The notes under the pieces: model-generated
The model's database searches: none
Seen by the model: the letters and a program-made list of their open reading frames with translations, nothing else
Told to the model about the DNA's origin: nothing
Translations under genes and position numbers: made by a program
In this document: one piece after another, positions 24,150-34,812 of the stretch
How positions within the stretch are numbered: the first letter of the stretch is position 1
How the letters are laid out: each line of letters starts with the position of its first letter
Assembly (NCBI RefSeq): GCF_036971445.1
Contig: NC_091477.1
Coordinates: 14,508,001 to 14,572,000 of the forward strand
Direction: 5' to 3'
Origin: Narcine bancroftii
Taxonomy: Eukaryota
Length of the DNA stretch: 64,000 nt

Positions 24150-27094
24150 TTAAACTTTATTTAAGATTTTATAACATGAATAACATAGGATTACATTAAA
24201 AAAAAATAAGAATAAAATTACAATACAGTATCAGTAATCTAAATAGACTATACCCTCCCCAATAATTATTACACATTAATAACCCAACTAAAATTAGTCC
24301 AACCCCCCCTTTCCCCCAAAATAGAGTGAAGAATTAATAAAGTTAATAATATATGTGAGAAAAAAACCCACTTACAAAAAAAACAAAACAAAAACATAAC
24401 TGATTAAAATACTAACAAAAAGAGAAGTAATTAATACTAAGATATCAGACTTAAAAAACATATTTAATTCAAACTTAAATGCATATATTTAACAAACAGA
24501 GTTAAGATAAAACATATATTTAACTCAAACTTAATATAAAAAAAATTAGTAAAGTTAGTAACATTGTCTATCAAAAATTCTTAAACAATAATCAATTCTT
24601 TAAAAAAAAATTGTAGCATGAGAAAAAAAAGATGAAAATAAAACTTTCTCTATAGAGATAAACCTTCACCAAATATCAACTAACTTCACATCTATCATCA
24701 TATTAGTCACATAAACCACCATCTTAAAACAAAATTCAAACCTCATTAAGCATTGTACAATTCAATTTTAGTACTCTTCCACCATTTTTCCCTTTTACTC
24801 TTGAATAATTATCCAATAAAAGCTCCAATACCACATTTAAATATCCCCAATCATTATGTTAAAATTCAGATATCCAAATAATAAAAACACATCTACAACG
24901 AAATCAACAAATGGAGCATAAACCACAAACAAAATTCAAGCCTCATTAAGAATTGTACAATTCAATTTATAACTTTCACCATTATTCCCTTCGTTCTATA
25001 ACTAAAATAGCAAAATAATATACACCAGAATTACCACTCCTTTCACCTTAAAGTTAAAGAAAAAATATTTAAAAAAAAAACATCCATCCCATTCACATTT
25101 AAATTTCAAATATTCCTTATCTACTGAATAAACTTGACAAAAAAAAACCACATCAATTTTTAGTTTTTTAAACAATCAAATATTTTATGCTTTTTTTTTA
25201 TAAACACAAAAAAAACCTTCACTCTTTAATCTAATAATACAAAAAAAGGAAAAAAAAACGGGTAGGAGGTTAAAAATACCCCCTCCCGTCTAAACCGTGC
25301 AATGCGGTAACTCCCCAAAAAAAAATGGGTGTGAGATAACTCACACGTAGCAGATGACTTTCAGGAAATAGTGCCTATCCAGTTCTCTCCCCCAACTCTC
25401 ACTTCATCTTAAACTAACATCATCATTATTTAATATTCCTTTTTTTAACAAAAACATTAGAAAAAAAAAAGAACAACTCTTCTGTTAATCAGCTCCAACT
25501 GCCGAGTCACCATTACAACCATTCCTTCTTGGAGCACGGCTCTTTTCCATCTCTTGTCTCCTTAGAGATCATGGCAGACTACGTCTCTGTTGAAACTGAG
25601 TAATTGGCGGCTCTTGAGAAAATGCTATAGCTTCCTTTGGAGAATTAAAGAACTTTGGTTGGTAACCATCTTGAAAAACCTTCAAAACAGCTGGATATCT
25701 AAAGGTTGCCTTTTAACCTTTCTTCCACAACAACTCTTTAGCAGAGTTGAATTCCCGTCGTTGGAACATAACTTCTTGACTCAAATCCGCATAGAAGAAA
25801 ACTCGATTATTTTGAATCATTAAGGGTGATTTTCTCTGTTGTGCATTTCTAATAGCCACTCGTAAAATTATTTCTCTGTCGTAATAATTCAAGCAACGAA
25901 TCAAAACAGGTCTTGGACTTTGACCTGAAATAGGTCTTCTACGCAAGGCTCTGTGATCACGTTCCAGTATTATACCTTCCGGGAAATGTTCTTGACCCAA
26001 CACCCGCGGAATCCATTCAGTAAAAAATTTTCTTGGGTCTGGTCCCTCCATTCCTTCCGGCAAACCAATAATCTTTATATTGTTCCGTCTGGATTGGTTT
26101 TCCAAATAATCAATTTTTTTCACCAAATTTTTATTTTGAGTTTGTAAATCTTCGACCATTTTGGTCATATCTGAAACTTGATCTCGTATTTCGTCTATAT
26201 CTTCGCACGAATTAAATTTATCTCTCACTTCAAGCTTAAAAGCTCCAAACTCAGCCATCTGTTGAGAATTTATTTCCATCAGAGTATTAAACCTAGTACA
26301 AGTTCAGTCATAATCTTGGATAATCCCTGCATTGTATAAGATAATTTAGATTCAAGATTCACAAGAATCTTTTCAATTGGAAGAGATTCTGGCTCAACAG
26401 ATTCCTGCTTCTTCTGCATAACCAAAGGGTCTTCTGTTGCTTCCTTCATTCTAGTTGCCTTCCTTGTAGTATAGCTGCATGTGGAAACCCCAGCCACAGC
26501 CTTTCCAGCAGTGACTGGAGGACGCTGGCTGGGATTTTCACCAGTCCATAATGTATTAATTTCTCCCAGTACATCAAGTTGTATAGGTTCTTTTATCTCA
26601 AGAGGTGCAGTTTGCAGCGCCACCGCTATAGTTGACAAATGCCTTTCCCCAGCCGGTACTTCAACTGATGTTACTACAAGTGGTTCATTCATAACATTGC
26701 AGTCAGATGCTACTGCACATGTGCGAACCTGAGTAACTTTGTTCTAAAGGCTGTTTGGCGCCCTCTTTAGAGGACTCTACCGATGTAACATTGATCTCTA
26801 CATCCGAAAGCTGTACCTCTCTCCTGGGATCCATTTCAGGCTGAGCCCTGGTGTCTTTCCTGTAGGTAGGCTCCAAAACTTGAACTTTTGGAAAATGTAG
26901 TTTTTTGATGATCTGTTGTCATTTTTTTTTTTGCTCTTTTCCACCAATTGTATCATCATAAGTTTAATTAACAGCACTGAAGTTATCTAAACTTTTAAAG
27001 AATTTTAAAGGGAATTTCTAGACAAAACAATAAGATAGAGTCAGGAGAGGACTGGAAGGCACGTCTGATCCTTACGCCATCTTGCCACGCCCCC
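24150..27094 (-). mobile_element. L1-clade element with ORF1 only (HAL1-like)
   Basis: 5' GGGGGCGTGGCAAGATGGCG; ORF1; about 1.3 kb T-rich 3' region; AATAAA (24156-24161) and short A tail; TSD GTGGAGGTCTTTTTTT at 24134-24149 and 27095-27110. Confidence 0.85.
25485..26959 (-). pseudogene. L1 ORF1p (coiled coil + RRM + CTD) with frameshifts and in-frame stops
   Basis: KKIDYLENQSRRNNIKIIGLPEG, ERDHRAL, PRPVLIR, FFYADLS; frame continues past the stop at 25713 as KATFRYPAVLKV. Confidence 0.85.
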
Positions 27095-28449
27095 GTGGAG
27101 GTCTTTTTTTAAACTCAGTGGTGTGTGCATGGAATGCATTGCTGGGGGTGATGGAGGAGGCTGGTACAATTGGAAAATTTATAAAACTGAGATAGTAACA
27201 TGATCTAAGAAAAATAGGGTAATGGGCTGTGAGGTTGTGAAGGGATCCACTAATGGTGAAATTGGTTTATATGGGTCAGCATAAAATGGACTGAAGGGCT
27301 CTGTTCTTCCTAATGAGTTGCAATAAAATAGAATCTCAGTACAGTTGTACAATGTATTTGCCAATAAACTATCATTAACTGTTAGAAAACTGAATTAAAT
27401 GAATATTTAGAGTTCCAATTTTGGGATCATTAGGGATGAGCCAACAAATGCAAACTTGATCTCAAAACATTACAATGGGTGCATTGCTCATCCAGTAGAC
27501 TGAGGTCACAACAACAGATAAGGCAGCAATATTTGATTTATATTCTCGTTTTCTGGCTTTTGAATTTTCTACTTCTACATTTCCAAAACATTTAAAAGCA
27601 ATTACCTTTCATGGTTATTTACCACTTAAAAATTCTGCCCCATCTACTCTGCCATAAAACCTGGCAATCTACATCCAGCTTGAGATCTTTCCACTTCAAA
27701 ATGCTGTCATCCCAAGAATGGCCAATATGTTCACCACTTATCACTGGTTCACAGCCTTTGGAATACTTTCTATTCACATTCTGCCCAATGAGCTCCAGTG
27801 CCAGGGAGCACACGGCGCAATGATGTATGAGTTTCTCCTGCCAAAGTTTTCTGATTTCCCAGATTGTTTGGAGTGAGGAAAAATGCAAATGAGAAAACAT
27901 CTCTTGTGCATTACTCCAGATTCAACATTGTAGATGGGAAAATTCAGTCTGTAAAATTTATACTGATTTGGGCTGAAAAGTACATGAGTGTTTGAGCTGA
28001 AGACAAAAGGGTAAAGTTCACATTTGCTTTTTCTTGGGTGCCAATGTTACTCACTGTTACACATTTGTTTTCATTGAATATGCAAAGGCAATAAGTGATT
28101 AAGGTTCAGGCCAGTAACCAAAGATGATCCCCCCCCCCCACCCCTCCCCCATTTATATTGACATGAATTGATGTGCAAATGCATGTAAACACTGCAGTTC
28201 TCCACTCTCCTGTCTAGCCGGCACTCCCCGACTCTCTCTGACCTGGTCAAAAAGTGTGAAGAGAAACAAATTGAAATTTTTCCATCACTTGTATTCTCAA
28301 TGCATTCAAAGACAGCTCCAATTTAGTTAGTTGGTTGAAGAATTGATGGCTTTTACAATATAAAAAAACACTTTTCTATGTACAAGAAAGTCAAGTGGAC
28401 AAAATACTGTGAACGTTTCCTCGTTCATTGGTGCTATTGTGTGAGGAAT

Positions 28450-29070
28450 GAAAGACGCGTACAGCACAGGAACATGCCCCATTCAGCCCTCCATGAGTGC
28501 ACTGACAAATGATTAACAAATTAAACTAATCCCATCTGTCTGCACATGGTTTGTATCCCTTCATTCCCTGAACTGCCTCTCAAAAATTCTACCACCTCCC
28601 TTGGCAACAGATTCTAGACACCTACTACTCTTGGGGGGTGGGGGTGGGGGGGGGGGGATAAATCTTGCCTTGCATATCTCTTTTAAACTTTCTCCCTCTC
28701 ATCTTAAATCTATGCTGTCTCAAAGTTGATATTTCCACCAATGAAATAAAGACCCTGATTATCTCCCCCTACCTGTGTCTCTCAGAATTTTTCTGATCAG
28801 CTTCTGAAATTCCAGAGAAATCCATTTAAGTTTGGTCAATGTTTCCCATTTTGCTAAAAATTTCTAATGCTGGCAACATCCCAATCAATGCATTCTGCAC
28901 CTTATCCACATCCTTCAGTATGGTGATCAAAGCTTCACCGTGTCCTTCAAATGTTGCCTCACCAAAGATGATAAAATTTGGGATATTACATTGCCGTTGT
29001 ATTATGTATCTCACTAGATCTTTGCCACTCAACCTCTTGTGTTGCTACTTTTAGGGACTATGGTCTTGCA
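28450..29070 (-). mobile_element. Decayed CR1 3' part
   Basis: Reverse 3' end acagcacaggaacatgccccattcagccc and RT C-terminal relics. Confidence 0.65.
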
Positions 29071-29189
29071 AACCAACACCAACAAGCTGGGTATCACATG
29101 TGGATAATTGGCAACAAGAGAAGTCCTATTAAAGTTGTAAAAATCACCAAGGATCAATCTTCAGTGGAACCTCTTAAAATGTGCAATGT

Positions 29190-30010
29190 TGCTCACATTT
29201 GCATTCTCAATTACGAGCAGAATAAAACAAAGTGCTGGACATACACAATGGGTTAGGTTGCATTTGGAGGTAGAGAAACAATATCTCTGTGTCAGTTTGG
29301 TCACTTTTCACAAAAACTGGGAAGGAGACAAAATAAGTTATCAAGCTGCAGGAAGTGTGGGGGAGCACAATATCACTGATGGTGTGAAATTAGTGTGACC
29401 ATGGGAACAAGCTGTCAATGAGGTTATCTGGTTGAATAGTGAATGGGAGCAGTTGGAGAACAAGAACCTAGCCAAAAAAAAATAGACAAAAAGCAGAAAG
29501 GAATTCCATAGAGGGAAGACATTTTTGCAGGTCAGTCTTGGCATGTCACCCTCTCCCAGGGAGGAAAACAAATTAGCTGAGCCAATTTCAGATACAAAAC
29601 CAAGAAGTTATCTAAAGTTGTATAACTTGCTATTGAATCCAGAATTGGCTATTGAGCCCAGGACACTTCAATGGGTCCAGATGGAAAATGAAGAGCTATT
29701 CCAGAGGCTTGCATTGAGCCTCAATATGACAATCCAGAAGACTTCAGAATGATAGACTGGAGTGGGAATGTGATGAATATTTAAAGTCACAGGCAATGGG
29801 AATTTCAGACTGAATGCAGATGCCCTGCAAATTGATCATGAAGTCCATGTTTGCTTTCTCCATTGTGAACACAAAGTAGTACACTGGAGTTTTTTTTAAA
29901 GTGCAAGTGAATTGCTACTTCATCTATTTAAGTCTCTTGATGGTGGGAAGAAGGGATAGTGTTTGCAAATGGAATTGATGTCATAGGTGGTTGGTAGAAA
30001 CGGAAGAACA
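29190..30010 (-). mobile_element. Decayed Penelope-like element 3' region
   Basis: Reverse GIY-YIG-region relics (ccatgtttgctttctccattgt; aagagctattccagaggcttgcattgagcc) and terminal repeat aaagtgctgga... Confidence 0.5.
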
Positions 30011-30318
30011 GAACTAGGGAGTCAAAAATTCCTGTGAAATTAATGGAATTGAATTGATTATTATCATGCGTTGTCAAAGTGAAAAGCTTTGTGTGCTATC
30101 CAGGCAAGACATTCAGTAAACAAAAATGCACAGTATTCCATTACTAATGTACAACTCAGTGCAATATACATCGTTACAAAGACAAAGCTTGGAGAAAAGT
30201 ATAAAGTGGTGGAAGGCATCACCTTTTAGCAATGAGAGGTTTTCAAGAGTCTGAGAGTAGCAAGAAATAAACTGACCTTGAATTGAGGGTTGATGCTTTC
30301 ATGTACATGTGATGTACC

Positions 30319-31160
30319 ATGACCACCAGCACCCCCACATCTCCATCGGGCACACTGAACTCAAAACGGTCAACCAGTTTACCTATCTCGGCTGCACCAT
30401 TTCATCTGATGCAAGGATCGACAAAGAGATAGACAACAGACTCGCCAAGGCAAATAGCGCCTTTGGAAGATGACACAAAAGAGTCTGGAAAAACAACCAC
30501 CTGAAGAATCACACAAAGATCAGCGTGTGCAGAGCCATTGTCATACCCACGCTCCTGTTCGGCTCTGAATCTTGGGTCCTCTACTGGCATCACCTACGAC
30601 TCCTAGAACGCTTCCATCGGCGCTGTCTCCGCTCCATCCTCAACATTCATTGGAATGACTTCATCACCAACATCGAAGTACTCGAGCTGGCAGAGTCTGC
30701 AAGCATCGAATCCATGCTGCTGAAGACCCAACTGCGCTGGGTGAGTCACATCTCCAGAATAGAGGACCATTGCCTTCCCAAGATCGTGTTCTATGGCGAG
30801 CTCTCCACTTGCCACCGAGACAGAGGTGCACCAAAGAAGAGGTACAAGGACTGCTTAAAGAAATCTCTTGGTGCCTGCCACATTGACCACTGCCAGTGGG
30901 CTGATATCGCCTCCAACCGTGCATCTTGGCGCCTCACACTTCGGCGGGCAGCAATCTCCTTTGAAGAAGACCGCAGAGCCCACCTCACTGACAAAAGACA
31001 AAGGAGGAAAAACCCAACACCCAACCCCAACCAACCAATTTTCCCTTGCAACCGCTGCAACCGTGCCTGCCTGACCCTCATTGGACTTGACAGTCACCAA
31101 CGAGCCTGCAGCAGACGTGGTCATAACCCTCCATAAATCTTTGTCCGAAGCCGAGCCAAA
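30319..31160 (+). mobile_element. 5'-truncated RTE-clade LINE, young
   Basis: ORF tail (FTYLG...LLFGSESW...LERFHRRCLRSIL...QLRWVSH...PKKRYKDCLK...C-terminal CxxC..H); exact TSD GATGTACC (30311-30318 / 31161-31168); one stop near 30471. Confidence 0.92.
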
Positions 31161-31207
31161 GATGTACCTTCTACCAGATGGAAAGGGGAATAAGAAAGTA
31201 TGACCAA

Positions 31208-31758
31208 TGTTAGAGTCCAGAGGACCCCAAAAACCAGCATCAATAGGTAAGCACCACAACAGAGGGTTACTTAAACAAAAGTAGTTTTTAATTATAATTG
31301 AACAAGAAAAGCAAATTAAACTTTACCTTGTTACTTAACCTACCTAACCTACTTAATCCCCCCTCTAATACTAACTGCAGGTGTGTGCAATATAGATTTA
31401 AGATTAGAAAAGTTCTTTGGATCACAGTCCAATCTCACTGGTTGCAGGCAATTCTTGTACTGTGCACAGAAGTTAACATTAACAAAGTTCACCAGGCTTT
31501 GGTGCTTAACAGGCAAACGGTTACCACTCAGGAGCGTTCTTGCTGGTTTTCAGAGAGAGATTCCTTTTCCAAGACATCCACCACTGATTCCTTCTCAATC
31601 AGTCTTGTTGACGAAACTTGCCCCCCTCAGGGTTCTCCAGGTGATGCTCTTTCTTGCAGACAACCAGGCAGCCTTCCAAAGTTTGCCAGCTTTGTCCTTC
31701 TGGAACTGATTTCTGTCTCTCTCCTCTCTGTTTCACTCCCTCCCTCTCTGAGAGCAAA
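31208..31758 (-). mobile_element. Truncated LTR-like insertion
   Basis: Begins TGTTAGAG exactly where the Rex1 host is interrupted; ATTAAA on minus near 31287; other end and TSD not found. Confidence 0.55.
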
Positions 31759-32094
31759 TGAATATCTTGGCAGCTTTCCCAGCAGGAGTTATGGATGGAG
31801 TGTGATTGAGAGGAGGTTGGTTTAGATGTATTGGGCTTCATTCACAAGTCTATGCAGTTTGTTGTGGTCTTGGGCAGAGTACTTCCTGTATAGGCCATGA
31901 TGCATTTGGACAGCATACATTTTATGTTGCATCTGTAAAAATTGATGCAAGACTTCAGGAACATGCCAGACATCCTTAGTCTTCTAAGGACATGAAGTTG
32001 TTGGTTTGTTTTCTTGATTGTAGAATCTGTGTGGTTAGTCCAAGACAGGTTCCTGAGGAATTCAATCTCTCCACCATCTGTATCTCCACAACAT

Positions 32095-32173
32095 TTATAT
32101 ATCTATATATATCTATATATATCTATATATATCTATATATATCTATATATATCTATATATATCTATATATATC
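32095..32173. repeat. (ATATATATCT)n-type microsatellite
   Basis: Repeated atctatatat units. Confidence 0.95.
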
Positions 32174-32174
32174 G

Positions 32175-33390
32175 GAATGTGATGCCCTGAGGGGGTACAA
32201 AAAGGGGTAATGTATCTGGTTGTGGAATCTCTTTGAAAATACTGGAAATTATGGGGAATAATCTGCTGAATGTAGAAGCTAGTGGGTGGAAGGTGAGGAT
32301 TAACGAGATTGTATCCTTATTCTTCACTTTGTGGTGAAGCCAAGAGATGGGGAAATGGATGAGGAGCAGAGAAGGGCTTCATTAACAATGACAGAAAGTA
32401 ACCCATGGTTTTAGAAGGAGGAAGGTATTTCATAGTCATCAAAAAAAGTCACATCAGAGAAAATGTAACTGAGACAGAGGAACTGGGGGAATGGGACAGT
32501 TCATTTAGATGAAGCAGGGTTGAAAGGGCTGAAACAGATTGTCCGACATCTCCCTCAAAAAGATAGGCATAGATTCAGCCCCATGTGATCAGCCATAGCT
32601 TCACCTTTGTTCACAACATGGTCCCGTCTTGATTGGAGATATCAGGCACAAATTGATCTTCCACTTTGCAGAGCACTTGCATAGTCTGCAGGAATAATCC
32701 TGATCTTCCCATTGCGTGTCACTTTAATCTCTCATTCTGAGGCCCAGCACAAATCTGAGCATGCTGATGCCTTCTGGACCCAGTATTGAATATCACAACA
32801 CAGGTAACTTGATTTTTTTTTTGTCTGTATCAATCATCTATTTGTGATTTTTGTCTAAGCTTGTTTTTTTTCTCCCCTTTTTCTTCTGCTTGAAAGAAAA
32901 AGTGAACACAACCTCTCACAACTCCTTTCTTCTGTTTATGTCCACACTGTCCAACATGTCCCATTCACTTTTTGTTTCTAGTTGGCCCATGGTTGCCTCA
33001 TTATGTCCCATTAGAGACACCACCCCCACCCCTGTCACCACAGCTGCAGCTTAATCAAGTTAAACAAGAACATCTGCCCCTGCTGGGGTTGAGTGCAATG
33101 CACTGATGTGCTGGAGAAACTTGTGCAGCATCCATAGGAAGGAAAGTTTTTTTTTTCTGGAATCTGATGCTGAAAAGTTTGCTTAACATTTACTTCTTTG
33201 GGATGTTGCATGACCGTCTGAATTTCTCCAGCACATTAGTGTTTGCTGCTTAATTAAACTTTTCTCTTTCTCAGTCTGTTAAAGAGTCTTCAACCGAAAA
33301 CATTTTTTAGTCTTTCCTCAGATTTGACATAACCGGATGAGTCTCTTCAGCAGTTTCTGGTTTCATTTTGGATTTCTAGTGCATTTTTAA
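32175..33390. mobile_element. Decayed Penelope-like element with inverted 5' part and terminal foldback
   Basis: Reverse RT relics (32180-32600); forward GIY-YIG-region relic attggagat...tttgcagagcac...cactttaat; foldback cactgatgtgctggagaaa / tttctccagcacattagtg (about 33100-33241). Confidence 0.55.
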
Positions 33391-34110
33391 AAAAAAATCT
33401 CCGTGAGGAGAACCATTAATTCAAAGCAACTGTGAGAGAAACACAACTACTCAGTGAATTGGGTGAAGAATCCTGTGTAAGAATTGGTGTGCAGATGGTT
33501 ATTATACAATTAGGAAATAAAACAGATGGAAAGGAAAGCAGAAAATAGAAAACTGGGAAATAGGGAAAAAAAAACAAATGGTGGAAAACACGAACAGCAA
33601 AATTAGAAACCAACATAAAGCTCTCCTGAAAAGTAAATCCTAAAGAGCCAAAACCGAAAGATGATGAAACAAAAACAACTGGAGAGAACCCATCCAGCAG
33701 AGGTCTAGTTACAGAAAGAGAAACAATTTGTTCTGTTGCTTTTGTTGGAGAGGACTTGCATTATTGTGATAATTCAACAACCCTCATGCCTATTTTTCAA
33801 GGGAAAGCATTGTTAATTAAGTTTTTGAGATTATATCTGCTTTAAACTCTGAGTTACTTCACTTTTAATAGGAAATAAACTCAAAAATGGAATTCCACAA
33901 TGATCCCAGTATTTCTCCATCTTCCCCCTCCCCCTTTCCTCTGTTATTTTATTTTAAACTTAAAATATACTTATTTTTTTTGGGGGGGGTGAAATGTAAG
34001 ATTTTCTCTTGGCTGGCCACCAGAATGTCGACACCCTAAAATTCAAATAATTTTGGTATTGAGACATTTTGCAAAGTTTATTGTTTAATTTGCATCGAAT
34101 GTCCATTGCT

Positions 34111-34812
34111 GTGACTTCATTGACAGGAATACGCTTGGGAATATGCTTATTAGTTGGACATAATGGTGGAGGAAAGGAAGAGGTAGAATGTATTGGTTAT
34201 TAAGTTGGGAAGAGGTCAGCTGGAGCTTCTAATTGGGATAGATAGGTCAGATAGTGCTGGCGGGAATAGAGAGAGGCAGTAATTGCTAATTGGAGGAGAT
34301 AGAGGGGATTGTTTTGCTACCGGGGAGCTCACGCCGGGGAGAAGGAGACAACAAGGCTTTTAGATTAAAGTAGATCAAAAACTTGGATTGCTAACTGGAG
34401 TGGGGTGGTCTGGGGTTACTCGTCATGATAGATGCTCAGTAGCTTCGAAGAGCTGTATTCTCTACGGTAAAGATAATAGTTGACGAAGCTGACAGTTTGT
34501 CAGCTTTTTATTTCCTACGACTGCCTCACCAAGCCCCCAAAGAGTTGAGTACACCTCTGATTATGGGTAACTATCCAAGATGATACTCTATTGATGAAGA
34601 CAGTATGGCAGGTTTCGTATAGGACTGGAGGCGATGTCACATACTTAAACTCTTCACGATATTCACGTGTCACTAGTCTTTCCACGTTAATTAGCCGCGT
34701 AGATATTATAGAGACAGCTGCCATGGCGGCTTGCCTGATTCTGAGTGACAATCCGTGACTTTCCTGATCAACTCTGTTGTTCTCTCCTTTTCATCAGCTG
34801 GTAGATGCTCAG
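34111..34812. other. Unclassified segment lacking CpG depletion, with hairpins and short direct repeats
   Basis: G/purine-rich first half; about 14 CpG in 34420-34760 counted by eye; hairpin 34486-34506; TAGATGCTCAG at 34429 and 34802. Confidence 0.5.

Larger units (their letters stand above)
24000..27310 (+). mobile_element. Decayed CR1 3' end split by the L1 insertion (pieces about 24000-24149 and 27095-27310)
   Basis: CR1 3' motifs (gagttctgaagaatgagagg... | ...tggaatgcattgctgggggtgatggaggaggctggtacaat) are continuous across the TSD. Confidence 0.65.
30045..32090 (-). mobile_element. Rex1-type LINE 3' fragment hosting two later insertions
   Basis: Reverse tail gaattgaattgattattatcatg; host sequence resumes after the RTE and after the LTR (tgaatatcttggcagctttcc...). 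Confidence 0.6.

Noticed and set aside
31298-31841. 175-aa and overlapping ORFs
   Set aside because: Lie within an LTR-like repeat and show no protein motifs
34141-34440. Possible NUMT because of the strong G/C strand skew
   Set aside because: The three minus-strand frames hit stops early even under the vertebrate mitochondrial code, and no mitochondrial gene is recognisable
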